A stretch of DNA of 64,000 bases, from positions 1,056,001-1,120,000 of the forward strand of contig CBDBBI010000010.1 of NCBI GenBank assembly GCA_965202625.1, written 5' to 3'. Below, piece by piece: positions 37,504 to 48,691 of the stretch. This stretch comes from a bacterium. Its GTDB lineage: Bacteria > UBA8248. The notes beneath the pieces are model-generated. The model saw nothing but the letters and a program-made list of their open reading frames with translations. It did not search any database and was not told the DNA's origin. Both the position numbers and the translations under genes were made by a program. The first letter of the stretch is position 1. Each line of letters opens with the position of its first letter.

Positions 37504-38895
37504 TTGTCCAAAAAATTCCTCTCCGACCACGGCAAATGGCCCCAGTGTATTTCAGCAGGGCCTTTCCTGTTCTTTGGCGGGTGGATGGGTGCCCATCCGA
37601 AGACGAGGAACATTTGCGCGTCCTACGCCGAAATCGGTGAAGCGGGCCCCATACGGACCAAAAATTATCCTTGGGTCGATAAAATCGAGGCGCCTATCGG
37701 CGCTCAGGCTATCGCCACTTACGAGGGCGTGCAAGAAACGCTCCGGAAAAATGGTGGGGGATTGGAGCATCTGCTCAGGTTTCACCTTTATCAGCTCGAC
37801 AAGCGTTTTTTTCCGGTGTTCGACGCCATCAGACGCCATTATGAACCCGAAGCCCCTACGCCGAGCACCGCCGTGGGCATGGGCGCGTTCGACCCGGGGA
37901 GAATCGTCCGCTTCAACATCGACGGTATCGCCCTGCGTCCAAAAGCAGTGGACGCTCTGGGGAAAAGAGTGGTTCACGAAGGCTCGAAAGCACATTCCAC
38001 CGCCGCGCACTTCTCACACGTTGTGGGCACGGGCCCCTACCTTTTCGTCGCCGGCCAGATTCCGACAGACACCTCGAAACCCGGCTCCCCTCTCATCCGC
38101 AACTATCCCGACATTCCCGAGGAAGGCAGATTTCTTTCCGTCGGCCAGAGCCATGAGGACAGTAGAAACGGCCCCATAGCGGCGCAAACATGGTTCGTAT
38201 ATGACCTGATCCGAAAACACCTGGAAGGTTCCGGATCGTCTCTCGAAAATATCCTAAATCTCACCGTCTACCTTCAGGACATGCGCGATTTCCCTACTTT
38301 TCACCGCGTCCACGAGAGGTTTTTCCCCGAAAACCCACCGGCTCTCACAGTGATACAAGTAACAGAAGTCGGCCACAAGGGAGAGAAAATCGAAATCGAA
38401 CCGACGGCGTTGATCAAAGGAGCGAAGATGAAGCGCGAGGCGATTTCCTGGGACGACACACCGAGTGCGCAAATGAGCCTGGGGGTCTCGGCCGGCGGTC
38501 TTTTATTTCTCTCCAACCTCGTTGGACTGAACCGAGACGGAGAGCCGATTCAGCGAAAAAGCGAATTGAGCGGAACGCTCCGCAAGAATCTGCCGAAAAC
38601 GCTTTCACCGTCGGGAAGAAAAGCGCTCTTTCAGGGTTTGGGAATTCTGGATGGGATGGAGAGGGCGATGAGGGCCGCAGGCTCCAGAATGCGCCGGATT
38701 TCCCACCTCACCCTGTTCCTCAAAAACATCTCTCACCTATCGTCACTCGAACCCGTTTTTGCAAAATATTTTCCCAAACAAAGGCCTGCCTTCACCGCCA
38801 TTCAAATACCCGAACCCTCGCCCCTCGCCGGCACCGAAGTCTCAATGACGGCCATCGCCTGGACGGGAGACGGCGAGCCTGAAATTCTCGCTTAA
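37504..38895 (+). CDS. Protein with three tandem RidA/YjgF-like domains
   Basis: Three repeats: AGPFLFFGG, TGPYLFVAGQIP...LTVYLQDMRDF...IEIEPTA, AGGLLFLS...LTLFLKN; TTG start right after the bisC-like stop. Confidence 0.78.
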   Translation: MSKKFLSDHGKWPQCISAGPFLFFGGWMGAHPKTRNICASYAEIGEAGPIRTKNYPWVDKIEAPIGAQAIATYEGVQETLRKNGGGLEHLLRFHLYQLDKRFFPVFDAIRRHYEPEAPTPSTAVGMGAFDPGRIVRFNIDGIALRPKAVDALGKRVVHEGSKAHSTAAHFSHVVGTGPYLFVAGQIPTDTSKPGSPLIRNYPDIPEEGRFLSVGQSHEDSRNGPIAAQTWFVYDLIRKHLEGSGSSLENILNLTVYLQDMRDFPTFHRVHERFFPENPPALTVIQVTEVGHKGEKIEIEPTALIKGAKMKREAISWDDTPSAQMSLGVSAGGLLFLSNLVGLNRDGEPIQRKSELSGTLRKNLPKTLSPSGRKALFQGLGILDGMERAMRAAGSRMRRISHLTLFLKNISHLSSLEPVFAKYFPKQRPAFTAIQIPEPSPLAGTEVSMTAIAWTGDGEPEILA

Positions 38896-39097
38896 TTCCT
38901 CGTCGGATGGGTCATCAAGGAAGTGATTTATATGTCAGTTTTTCCCGTATGGTCGGGAGTTCATCCATCCGATTGGGACACCGCCTTTCGTCAACGCCCG
39001 TCTTTTCGAAAGGAAATACGCGAATTCTCCGAGAACGACGCGCCGACTGGAAACAACGACTAAGGTGTATCGCAAACCCGATGCCCTGCGGGATCCT

Positions 39098-39390
39098 CTA
39101 CAAGAGTGGCGAAACGACTATGATCCAACTCTCCACGATCAACCGCAAGAGTACGGTGAACCTCTGATACAGCTGGCCCGTCGCAGGTATGGTCACTCCC
39201 AACTCCACACCCGCTTCCATCGCGAGACGTAAGTCCTTTCGATGCAGACGAATTCGAAAACCCGGAGGATATTCGCTCTTCACCAGGTTCGGCCCCCGCA
39301 ATTCGAGCACGCGGGATTGCGCAAGACCGCTGGATAATGCGGCAATCATCTTTTCCGGATTCTCGCCCGCCTCGAACGCGCTCATCCAAA
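39098..39390 (-). pseudogene. C-terminal fragment of a beta-hydroxyacid dehydrogenase (GlxR/MmsB family)
   Basis: GLAQSRVLELRG...PGFRIRLHRKDLRLA. Confidence 0.7.
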
Positions 39391-39441
39391 TTCTGGCGGC
39401 CCCGGCTCCAGGAACCAGGGGATGAAACGAGCCGCCCTCCC

Positions 39442-40803
39442 TCAACCCGACAAAAATCTCTTCGCCGCCGCACACAAGAGCCCTTCCTTGAAGGCGGGCG
39501 CGAGCAAGGTGATGCCGATCGGAAGTCCATTCGAATAGAAACCATTGGGTATGGCGATAGCGGACAAATCCAGCAAGTTCACGAAGTTCGTATACATTCC
39601 CAAATTCGCATTCAAGGCGATGGGGTCGGCCTTCACCTCGTCTATCGTGTAGGCGGTGAGCACGACTACAAAATGAATGGTTCGCCAGATTTTTTCCGCC
39701 TCGCGCTTGAGTTCCTCCAAACGGTAGAAAGCCCGGAAGGCATCCACCGCCGAATACCTAGAGGCGTCCGCAATCAAACCCCTCGTGAGAGGATAAAGAG
39801 GATTTGGGTTTCGTTTGCAAAAATTCTTCAATCGCGGCCAGCCGCTCCGCCATCCATGGGCCCTCATACACGAGTTTGGCCGTCTCATAAAAGGGAGAAA
39901 AATCGACCTCCTGAACAGTCACGTCCATCTCCTCAATGCGCTCAAGGCTCCGATCATACGCCTTCCGCGCCTCCCCGTCTCCCAGAAAATTTCTTTGCCC
40001 AAGAAAGGGTGCCCCAGATTTCACTCCATCCGGAAAATCAGCCTCCTCCTCCAGAGACACCCCCACCGGAAGAGCGCGGCTATACGGGTCGTCATCCAGA
40101 GCGGTCATCGTCTTCAACACGTGAAGTGCGTCTGAAGTATCCAGGGCAAAAACCGAGACGCAATCCAGCGTGCGGCATGCGGGCGTCACGCCGCGCGCAC
40201 TCACTAGGCTCCGCGAGGGCTTCAGTCCCACGATGTTGTTGAACCCAGCAGGCACCCTGTCTGAATCAGCCGTGTCCGTACCAAGGGCGAAACTCACCAA
40301 GCCTGCCGCGACGGCCACGGCCGAGCCTGAACTCGAGCCGCCTGGAATATAGGCCGGATGAAACGGATTTCGAGCCACGCCATACGGCGTGCGCGCGCCC
40401 GTGAGACCCAAAGCGAACTGATCCAGATTCGTCTTTCCGACGAGGATCGCTCCGGCGTCGAGCAGAAACCCCACGCAGGGGGCGCTTTCCGCGGGCGTAT
40501 AGGCAAGTCAGGACATGCCGCTGTTGTAGGGACCCCCTCAACGTCGATGTTATCTTTCACCGCAAAGGGAAGGCCGTAGAGAGGGATTCCACGCGCGTTC
40601 GTGTTGAGCGCCTCCAGCTCGCGCGCGCGGACAGCTTCTCCACTAGCTCTACGTGAATCCACACGCCATCTTCGCCACGCGCCGCGATTCGTTCGCAAAC
40701 CGCCTGGACGGTGTCCGAAGGCGCGTGTGCGCCCGGATACATAGGCCTCCCGAATTCGGCGCAAGCGAAGACCATCCGTTTGCGACGAGGCACCCGTAGT
40801 CAC
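39442..40803 (-). pseudogene. atzF: Allophanate hydrolase pseudogene
   Basis: PLYGLPFAVKDNID, GKTNLDQFA, GGSSSGS, degenerate GTDTADSDRVPA, NLGMYTNFVNLLDL across several frames. Confidence 0.85.
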
Positions 40804-41116
40804 CTGGGATTCTCCGCCTTCATGGCTTCATCGCTTGCATGGCACCATTTACCTATCCGTCGTTCCAATCGTATAAAAGAGCTAAGCCAACTTCATCCGC
40901 CCCTATGGTTCATCGAAGTCGCATCCCTTAACAATCAAAATCGCCCAGCCGCAAAGGCCATTCCCAATGGTCGATCATTCATTTCATCGTTTGATGATAA
41001 GATATTTCCGAATCCATGAATATGCGGTAGCATTAAAATACATTGGCATTTTATGAATGGGCACGCGTGAGGCACATTGCGCCCTCTCCGTTCAAACACC
41101 TATGGAGACGATTTCC

Positions 41117-41580
41117 ATGCGAAGCGAGAAAGACCCGCTTCATTCCGAAAAGAAGTACAGATTTCGCGGCCTAGTGGACAAGTTAGTTTTTTCAGGGCCC
41201 GTCTTCGCGCGCGGCGAAGGATCGACTATCGAGGACATGAACGGCAAGTGCTACATCGACTTCAACTCGGGGCAAATGTTCTCCGCGCTCGGCCACAACC
41301 ATCCCCACCATCACGGCGGCCATCCCAATAATCTGCGACAGCCTCATCCACACGCACAGCAGTTTCTTCAACGACCAGGAAATTCTTCTCGTCGAGTGCC
41401 TTGGCGCGCTACTGCCCGCGTCGCCCGAGAAAAACCTTTTTCTAGGCTCCGGAGCGGACAAAAACGAAGCCCGGGGACGATCGACCGAAAATTCACCGGC
41501 GGATTCGAGGTGTCAAGCCCCCACATCAGCTTCCACGACCTCTCCGACACGGCGCGCGCGTTCATCCTCACCACCGGAGG
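41117..41580 (+). pseudogene. Class III aminotransferase N-terminal fragment
   Basis: ARGEGSTIEDMNGKCYIDFNSGQMFSALGHNHP, then frameshifted and truncated. Confidence 0.75.
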
Positions 41581-41661
41581 CGATAGACCAAGCGAGCGTT
41601 CGCGGAGCCGTCTCGTGACGCGCCTCAGGCTCGATTCTTCCACCCCCCTCGACTAGGCCAG

Positions 41662-42138
41662 ATGCTCCACGTCGCTCTGTATCGTCCGGCCATTCCGCAG
41701 AACACCGGAAACATCGGTCGACTATGCGTCGGAATGGAAGCACATCTCCACATCATCGAACCCGCAAAATTCGACCTCTCGGACAACGCCCTGAGAAGGG
41801 CAGGGCTCGACTACTGGCCTGACCTGACGCTTACCCTCCACCAAGACGAAAGCCTGTTTCTGAAATGGCTGGGCAAGAGGAAACCATGGCTGATCACAAA
41901 GTTCGGCAACACCCGCTTCGATCAGGTCGCGTATTACGAGGAAGACGTGCTGATACTGGGAAACGAGAACACCGGCCTGCCAGATGAATGGCACCGGCGC
42001 TGGTCCGATCGGCGGATTTACGTGCCCATGCCCGGGCCGATCCGCTCCTACAACCTCGCCAACACCGCCGCGATCGTCCTCGCGCAAGGATATGTTTGGC
42101 TGCACGAGGCGGAAACTCCAAACCACAGGGGAGCGTAA
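41662..42138 (+). CDS. trmL: tRNA (cytidine(34)-2'-O)-methyltransferase
   Basis: PAIPQNTGNIGRLC, LRRAGLDYW, GNENTGL, RSYNLAN. Confidence 0.92.
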   Translation: MLHVALYRPAIPQNTGNIGRLCVGMEAHLHIIEPAKFDLSDNALRRAGLDYWPDLTLTLHQDESLFLKWLGKRKPWLITKFGNTRFDQVAYYEEDVLILGNENTGLPDEWHRRWSDRRIYVPMPGPIRSYNLANTAAIVLAQGYVWLHEAETPNHRGA

Positions 42139-42314
42139 GGCGAGCACCCCAGAAAAGATATCGCCTCCACGCCCCACTCGCGCTCTCGGGACGCTCATCG
42201 CCTCGAACTACCGACGGCCGCCCGCCACCACCATAGGATTCTTACATTCGCCTGCTCGTAGTTTGAACGAACTCAACCGTCGCGCCGTCGGTCTTCCGCC
42301 CCTACCGTCCCCAG

Positions 42315-43472
42315 TCATGATGTCATGTCAACCCAGCCACCCTCGCGAGCACTGCGCAGACATACCTCAGCCAGCCGGACGTCGCGGATTCCGGCCGATA
42401 GATCGGCGTAAAAAGGTTCATCCCTCGTCACGTGGCGGATAAAGCGCTCCCAGCCGAAGCGATAGGGATTCTTGTAAGGCGCTCGTTCGGGCACTTCCTC
42501 CCAACCCTCTCGATAATCCACTGAAACTTCCATGGCATCCGCGTCGCGTCCCATGAGAAAGCCACGCACCACTGGCGTATCATGCGCCGCCTGCCTCCAA
42601 CAGCGTCTCAGGCCGGCCACAACCGATCCGTCCGTTCCATCGACCTGGAATGTCACCAGGTCTTCGCGCCACACACGAGTGGACCAAGAGGTAGAAATCA
42701 AACCCCGCGCGCCGCTTTTAAGTTCGATGAGGGTATGCGCGTTGTCTTCGACATCCGTCTCAAAGCGCTCTCCCGCCTCATCGACGCGCTCGATTTGCCC
42801 CGTCCACGAGAGGGCGGCCACGCGCGAGATCGGCCCAAGGACGCCCTCTACAACATAGCGCCAATGCGGGTGCATGTCCGAGATGAGTCCGCCTCCGCGC
42901 CCCTTTTGGTAGTTCCAGCTCGGACGCTGGGATGCCGCCTCGACTCCGTCGAACACCCACCACCCGAACTGAATCTGAAAACCGATGACGCGGCCCAAAA
43001 AGCCGCTCTCCACAACCCGCAGCAGCTTCAGAAACCCCGGCAAGAAAAGCTTATCCTCCACAGCACCATGCTTGATTCCCTTCGCCCGCGCCGCGCGCAA
43101 CAGGTGCTCTCCATCCTGGACGGTGGGTGCCACCGGCTTTTCGGAGTAAACATGCTTCGAGGAGGCGATGGCGCGCTCCAGAGTATCCAGTCTTAAATAC
43201 GTGGTCGCCGCGTCAAAAAAGACGGGATACGCCGGATTCGCGAGAGCCGCGTCCAGATCACACGTCCATTCGAGACCACCATTTTCTTCCGCCAGTTTCG
43301 CGAGTCGCTCCGCATTCCTGCCGACGAGGAGCAACTTCGGCAAAACTCTCTCATCGCCCAGGTCGAGTCCGCCCTCGTCAATGATGGGCACGAGCGCGTT
43401 CCGCAAGTGCTGCAAGGAGCAGATGCCACCCGTCGCTCCATGCAGAATGATGCCCAACTCCCGCGTCGCCAT
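42315..43472 (-). CDS. Gfo/Idh/MocA oxidoreductase
   Basis: KHVYSEKP, DKLFLPG, QRPSWNY, DMHPHWRYV. Confidence 0.9.
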   Translation of the reverse strand: MATRELGIILHGATGGICSLQHLRNALVPIIDEGGLDLGDERVLPKLLLVGRNAERLAKLAEENGGLEWTCDLDAALANPAYPVFFDAATTYLRLDTLERAIASSKHVYSEKPVAPTVQDGEHLLRAARAKGIKHGAVEDKLFLPGFLKLLRVVESGFLGRVIGFQIQFGWWVFDGVEAASQRPSWNYQKGRGGGLISDMHPHWRYVVEGVLGPISRVAALSWTGQIERVDEAGERFETDVEDNAHTLIELKSGARGLISTSWSTRVWREDLVTFQVDGTDGSVVAGLRRCWRQAAHDTPVVRGFLMGRDADAMEVSVDYREGWEEVPERAPYKNPYRFGWERFIRHVTRDEPFYADLSAGIRDVRLAEVCLRSAREGGWVDMTS

Positions 43473-43580
43473 GTATTCGCCTCGTCCCTACTAATTTTCC
43501 TGAAGCCCCTACAACACCCACCAACATTGAAGTAAAGAAACACAGGGAATCACCAAAAGGGTGGGCACGTCGAGACGCCG

Positions 43581-44711
43581 CTACGCTTCTAGACCGGCCA
43601 TCAACTCCGCCGGATCGATCGGGAGTTTCAGCTCCGCGCCGCGCTTGGCTGAGAGGTCCATCGCCATGGTCAACATGAGGTTGCGATGACCCTCGGCGGC
43701 GGTCGCATGGGGGGTGCGCTTGCCCGAATAAATCCTCTGGAACCAGGAGTTGGTCTCCTCGCGCATCGGGCCCCAAAGTTCTCCGTCATAGATGTCGCCA
43801 GGGGGGAAACTCGTGAGAAAGTCGACGTTGCGCCGCGCTTTTAAGTCAAAATCCTCAGGCTGATAGGCGGGCCCTTGTGAGAATTCAGACGCCATCACGA
43901 CATCTCGGTGCGTGTCCTCGATATCTACCACCCCCTTGGCGCCTACGATTCCGATCTCAAGCCCATACACCGCGCCAGGCCATTCCTTGGGCAACGCCCA
44001 GCAAATGTTCATACTCCAGATGGCGCCATTCTCCATCGTGAACACGCCGAAAGTGGCGTCCTTGGTGCCCAGATCGCTCAATATCCCCTCTGTCGATCGC
44101 GCGAAAATCGAAACCGGCTTCGCGTCACCCATCAGCCACATGCACATGTCGAGACTATGGGTGCCGGAGACGACCATGGGCGTTAAAAAGCGGCGATCCT
44201 GAGAAAGCCGAACCTCTCCGCTCGGCGCCATCCGGTTCATGAAGGCGCGCGTGACCGCCGCGGTGATATCGCCGATCTGGCCACTGTCAATGCGCTCCTT
44301 GACAGCTAGAAATCGCCGACGAAAACGCTGGGTATAACCGACGACGGCGTCCACTCCGGCCGATTCGATGGACGAGAGCACGAAGGCGGACTCGCGTGCG
44401 TCCGTGGCGAGAGGTTTTTCAATCAGAAGGGATAAGCCGCGCTCCGCCGCGGCGAGGGTAGGCGCGATGTGCGCCCAGGTCGACGTTGCAATGATGGCCG
44501 CGTCCACCTCTGGGCGGGCGATGAGTTCCTGAAAGTCAGTGGTGAAGTAGTCGGCGCCAATGTCCGCTTTGAGGTTCTCGCCAACCTTTTCATTGACGTC
44601 GCTGAGACCAATCCACCCAATTCCGGGAAAATCCCTAGCCAACGCGCCCCGAATACGCCCCACGACCCCGCAACCGACAATAGCCAGTCCAAGTTCTTTT
44701 TTGTTCGCCAT
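43581..44711 (-). CDS. Gfo/Idh/MocA oxidoreductase
   Basis: VGCGVVG, LIEKPLA, VGYTQRF, SGTHSLD. Confidence 0.9.
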   Translation of the reverse strand: MANKKELGLAIVGCGVVGRIRGALARDFPGIGWIGLSDVNEKVGENLKADIGADYFTTDFQELIARPEVDAAIIATSTWAHIAPTLAAAERGLSLLIEKPLATDARESAFVLSSIESAGVDAVVGYTQRFRRRFLAVKERIDSGQIGDITAAVTRAFMNRMAPSGEVRLSQDRRFLTPMVVSGTHSLDMCMWLMGDAKPVSIFARSTEGILSDLGTKDATFGVFTMENGAIWSMNICWALPKEWPGAVYGLEIGIVGAKGVVDIEDTHRDVVMASEFSQGPAYQPEDFDLKARRNVDFLTSFPPGDIYDGELWGPMREETNSWFQRIYSGKRTPHATAAEGHRNLMLTMAMDLSAKRGAELKLPIDPAELMAGLEA

Positions 44712-44912
44712 TCCCTTTTCCTCTCTGTCCTAAAAGCCCCAGCCCCATGCCTGCACCGCCAGAGGCAAAACCATCGAGTCGCCCGCAGAATAAAACAAGA
44801 ATACGGAATTATAATATACGGGATGGAGTTCAGGAAGGTGCTAAGGACATCCGAGCACATGATTCCGCTCTTCGGACTTCGCGAAGACAAGCGGCGTTAC
44901 TTCACGCGCGAT

Positions 44913-44957
44913 AAAACAACAAAGGGCCGCGCTAGTTGAGCGGCCCTTTGTTGTTTT
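44913..44957. terminator. Terminator downstream of the tRNA
   Basis: AAAACAACAAAGGGCCGC-loop-GCGGCCCTTTGTTGTTTT. Confidence 0.85.
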
Positions 44958-44961
44958 ATTT

Positions 44962-45038
<77 letters not shown>

Positions 45039-45141
45039 TCAATGGGTACTTCCTATTGAGACAAAATCATTATACCACCGAGAGCGGATTTCCGCAAGCA
45101 CGCGGAAGATTCCAAAAATATCAAGAGAGAATCCTCTCACA

Positions 45142-45501
45142 TTATTTCGGGGAGGGAATGAATTCATAGACAACCTCCCCTTTTTTCACCAGCCCCAAGT
45201 CTTCGCGCGCAATTCTCTCGATCGCGCGCATATCAGAGCGCAAAGAACGAATTTCGGCTCGCAACTCCTTATTTTTCGACTCGATTTCCTTGATCTCGCG
45301 CTTAAGCCCAGACACCCGCCCCTCGTTCGCCATGACGGCTAGATAGCCATCCTGGCCTATCCACGCTGAACCCAGCAACAAGGCGATGACGCCCGCCGAG
45401 AGCCAAAAGAAAAGTCTGCTTCCCGTAAAATGGCCCGTGCTGGAGGACTGCCCTGGTTTTCCCATCACACTGGTAAGACTCCCTGGCCTGTGCCACATCA
45501 A
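45142..45501 (-). CDS. ftsB: Septum formation initiator FtsB/DivIC (start uncertain)
   Basis: TM helix, coiled coil, [16 protein letters not shown]. Confidence 0.85.
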   Translation of the reverse strand: MMWHRPGSLTSVMGKPGQSSSTGHFTGSRLFFWLSAGVIALLLGSAWIGQDGYLAVMANEGRVSGLKREIKEIESKNKELRAEIRSLRSDMRAIERIAREDLGLVKKGEVVYEFIPSPK

Positions 45502-46784
45502 CAGAGCTCGGCGAACGTTTCTCGGGCTGCGGACAGCGTAGCCTCCAACTTCTCATCTGTATGGACGGAGGACATAAATCCCACCTCAAACTGGCTTGGG
45601 GCCAACGCCACGCCTCTTTTTAACATAGAATGAAAGAATTTGGCATACCGCTCCGTATCCGAGCGCATAGCGTCCGAGAAATTCCGCACCGGCCTCGCCT
45701 GAAAAAACGCACCGAACATCGACCCGCATCGCGCGGCGACAAGCGGGACGCCCGCTACCCGCGCCGCATCCGACATTCCGTCAGAGAGCATCTTCACCCT
45801 CTCGGCCAAGGCTTCCGGCAGCCCTTCCTCCTCAATGATTCGCAGCGTCTCGACGCCCGCCGTCATGGCCAGGGGGTTTCCGGAAAGCGTGCCCGCCTGA
45901 TAGACGGTGCCTAGGGGCGCGACGCATTCCATCACGTCGCGCCTTCCGCCGTAAGCACCCACGGGCATGCCGCCGCCAATCACCTTCCCGAGAGTGGTCA
46001 AATCAGGCGCGACCCCGAAAAGCGCCTGCGCACCGCCTCTCGCCACACGGAAACCCGTCATCACCTCATCGAAAATGAGCAAAGCCCCCGCCTTTTCGGT
46101 CTCCTCTCTCAAAACTTGCAAAAACCCGGCGTCAGGAAGAATGAGTCCCATGTTGCCGGCCACGGGCTCGACGATGAGGGCGGCGACGTCCGCTCCTCGC
46201 AGGGCGAAGAAATCCCTCACCGCTGCAGCGTCGTTATAGGGGAGCGTCGCTGTGTTTCGCGCGTAATCCCGCGGCACGCCCCCGCTGTCCGGCACGCCCA
46301 GGGTGGCGCCGCCGCTGCCGGCCTTGACGAGCAATCCATCGGCGTGTCCGTGGTAGCAACCATCGAATTTAACTATCACGTCCCGGGCCGTGAACCCACG
46401 CGCGAGGCGAATGGCCGACATCGTCGCCTCGGTGCCCGAGTTCACGAAGCGCAGCAACTCCATGGAGGGATACGCAGCGTTCACCAACTCAGCTAACTCG
46501 GTTTCAAGGGCCGTGGGCGCACCGAAGCTCATCCCTCGAGCCGCTGCCTCTTGCACCGCCCTCACCACGCGCGGGTGGGAATGGCCCAAGAGCAACGGTC
46601 CCCAAGAAAGCACGTAATCAATATAGACGTTTCCATCAACGTCCCATATGTGGGCACCCGCCCCTTTCTCGACGAAAAAAGGCGCGCCGCCGACGCCCTG
46701 AAACGCGCGGACGGGGGAATCCACTCCCCCCGGAATGCGGCTTTGCGCAAGCGCGAACAGTTTTTCGGATTTACCCCGATTCAC
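45498..46784 (-). CDS. hemL: Glutamate-1-semialdehyde 2,1-aminomutase
   Basis: [35 protein letters not shown]. Confidence 0.97.
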   Translation of the reverse strand: MNRGKSEKLFALAQSRIPGGVDSPVRAFQGVGGAPFFVEKGAGAHIWDVDGNVYIDYVLSWGPLLLGHSHPRVVRAVQEAAARGMSFGAPTALETELAELVNAAYPSMELLRFVNSGTEATMSAIRLARGFTARDVIVKFDGCYHGHADGLLVKAGSGGATLGVPDSGGVPRDYARNTATLPYNDAAAVRDFFALRGADVAALIVEPVAGNMGLILPDAGFLQVLREETEKAGALLIFDEVMTGFRVARGGAQALFGVAPDLTTLGKVIGGGMPVGAYGGRRDVMECVAPLGTVYQAGTLSGNPLAMTAGVETLRIIEEEGLPEALAERVKMLSDGMSDAARVAGVPLVAARCGSMFGAFFQARPVRNFSDAMRSDTERYAKFFHSMLKRGVALAPSQFEVGFMSSVHTDEKLEATLSAARETFAELC

Positions 46785-47644
46785 GATACGTATTTTCCAA
46801 TCAAATGACGCAGGCGCTCTTTCGCCTCACTCGGAATGCAGGCCGGTTCAGTGATGATGGCTTTCTCCAAAATGCCGGCGAAGGGACTGTCGCCGTCGAT
46901 CGCAGGCACCGCCTCCTGGATAATATGCTGGGCGAGAGTCGCGTTGCGCTTGAGCAGGGCGACCACGGCCTCCACGCTCACCGCCGCTTCCTCCTCGCAC
47001 CAACAGTCATAGTCCGTCGCAAGCGCAATGGTGGCGTAGCTCATCTCCGCCTCTCGGGCGAGCTTCGCCTCCGGCATATTCGTCATCCCGATGACGGAAG
47101 CGCCCCAATCGCGGTAGCGAAAACTCTCCGCCCGGCTGCTGAACTGGGGACCTTCCATGCACACATACGTGCCGCCGGTGTGCGCGGTCGCGCCCACTCT
47201 GAGTGCCGCGCCCATCAGTATCTCACTCAAAACCCCGCAAACCGGATCGGCCATCGACACGTGGGCGACGACGCCATCGCCAAAAAACGTAGATGGCCGC
47301 ATTTTGGTAAGGTCAATGAACTGGTCGGGAACCACGACATGGCCCGGCTGGATGTCTTCTCGCAGGCTACCCACCGCGCTGACAGAAATGAGCCACTCCA
47401 CGCCCAACTGTTTGAAGCCATGGACGTTGGCCCTAAAGGGAATTTCGCTCGGCATGAACACGTGCCCCTCTCCGTGTCTCGGCAAAAACGCGACTCGCCG
47501 ACCAAGGAGCGTCCCCAGGAGGTAAGGGGCCGAGGGGGTGCCGTAGGGTGTATCCAAGACGCGGTTTTCCACGTCAACCAAGTCCGCCATCCCATAAAGG
47601 CCGCTGCCGCCGATGACCCCAATTTTCGCGTCAGACACCGCCAT
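46781..47644 (-). CDS. mtnP: S-methyl-5'-thioadenosine phosphorylase
   Basis: [44 protein letters not shown]. Confidence 0.93.
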   Translation of the reverse strand: MAVSDAKIGVIGGSGLYGMADLVDVENRVLDTPYGTPSAPYLLGTLLGRRVAFLPRHGEGHVFMPSEIPFRANVHGFKQLGVEWLISVSAVGSLREDIQPGHVVVPDQFIDLTKMRPSTFFGDGVVAHVSMADPVCGVLSEILMGAALRVGATAHTGGTYVCMEGPQFSSRAESFRYRDWGASVIGMTNMPEAKLAREAEMSYATIALATDYDCWCEEEAAVSVEAVVALLKRNATLAQHIIQEAVPAIDGDSPFAGILEKAIITEPACIPSEAKERLRHLIGKYVS

Positions 47645-47656
47645 GCTCCTTGTCCG

Positions 47657-48691
47657 TCATCGCCTGCCTCGTGGGGACAGTGACAGCATTCCCATCTCAA
47701 GCAGCGCCTCGGCAATTTGCACCGCGTTGAGCGCGGCGCCCTTTCGCAAGTTGTCCGCCACGATCCACAGGTTGAGCGTTTTCTCCCGGGAATCATCTCG
47801 GCGTATTCGACCAACGAATACGGAATCCTTCCCATTCGCGTGCCTAGGCATGGGATACGCGAACGATTCCACGTCATCCACCACCTCCACGCCCGGGGCG
47901 CGGGCCAGCAACCCCCGCGCCTCTTCCGGCGAAATGGACTCCTCGAACTCCACGTTCACCGATTCCGAATGCGCGTTAAAAACGGGCACCCGCACGCATG
48001 TGGCGCTGATGGCCAGACGAGGCGCGCCCAGAATCTTTCGCGTCTCGTCCACCATTTTCCTCTCTTCTTTCGTATGCCCACCATCAACAAAGCGGTCGAT
48101 TTGGGGCAGGCAGTTGAAGGCGATTTCATAGGGCATTTTTCGAGAGGGAGCGGATTCGCCACGCGCACGGGCGTCGATTTGCGCCTGCATCTCATCCATC
48201 GCAGCCCCTCCCGCCCCGCTCACCGCCTGATAGGTGCTCACCACAACTCTTCTGACGCGGACGGCATCGTGAAGAGGATTGAGCGCCACCACGAGCTGGA
48301 TGGTGGAGCAGTTCGGGTTCGCGATGACACCCTGATGCGCCTCCACTGCACCCGCGTTAACCTCCGGCACTACAAGGGGAACATTCTCGTCCATGCGAAA
48401 GGCGCTGGAATTGTCCACGACCACCGCACCCGCGCGCACCGCCTCGGGCGCGAACGCAAGCGACTGGGAGGTGCCACATGAGAAAAGCGCTAAGTCCACG
48501 CCCTCGAACGCTCCCTCGCCGAGTTCTCTGACGGGAAGAGCCGCGCCTCTAAACGAAATTTCTCGCCCCGCGCTGCGCGCGCTCGCCAGCAAGAGGACTT
48601 CGTCGATGGGAAAACGCCGCTCCTCCAAAATCTTGAGCATCTCTCCGCCCACGACGCCTGTGGCTCCGACGACCGCGACGCGCGTCATCAT
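47657..48691 (-). CDS. asd: Aspartate-semialdehyde dehydrogenase
   Basis: VGATGVVG, NPNCST, YQAVSGAG, DNLRKGAALN. Confidence 0.97.
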   Translation of the reverse strand: MMTRVAVVGATGVVGGEMLKILEERRFPIDEVLLLASARSAGREISFRGAALPVRELGEGAFEGVDLALFSCGTSQSLAFAPEAVRAGAVVVDNSSAFRMDENVPLVVPEVNAGAVEAHQGVIANPNCSTIQLVVALNPLHDAVRVRRVVVSTYQAVSGAGGAAMDEMQAQIDARARGESAPSRKMPYEIAFNCLPQIDRFVDGGHTKEERKMVDETRKILGAPRLAISATCVRVPVFNAHSESVNVEFEESISPEEARGLLARAPGVEVVDDVESFAYPMPRHANGKDSVFVGRIRRDDSREKTLNLWIVADNLRKGAALNAVQIAEALLEMGMLSLSPRGRR

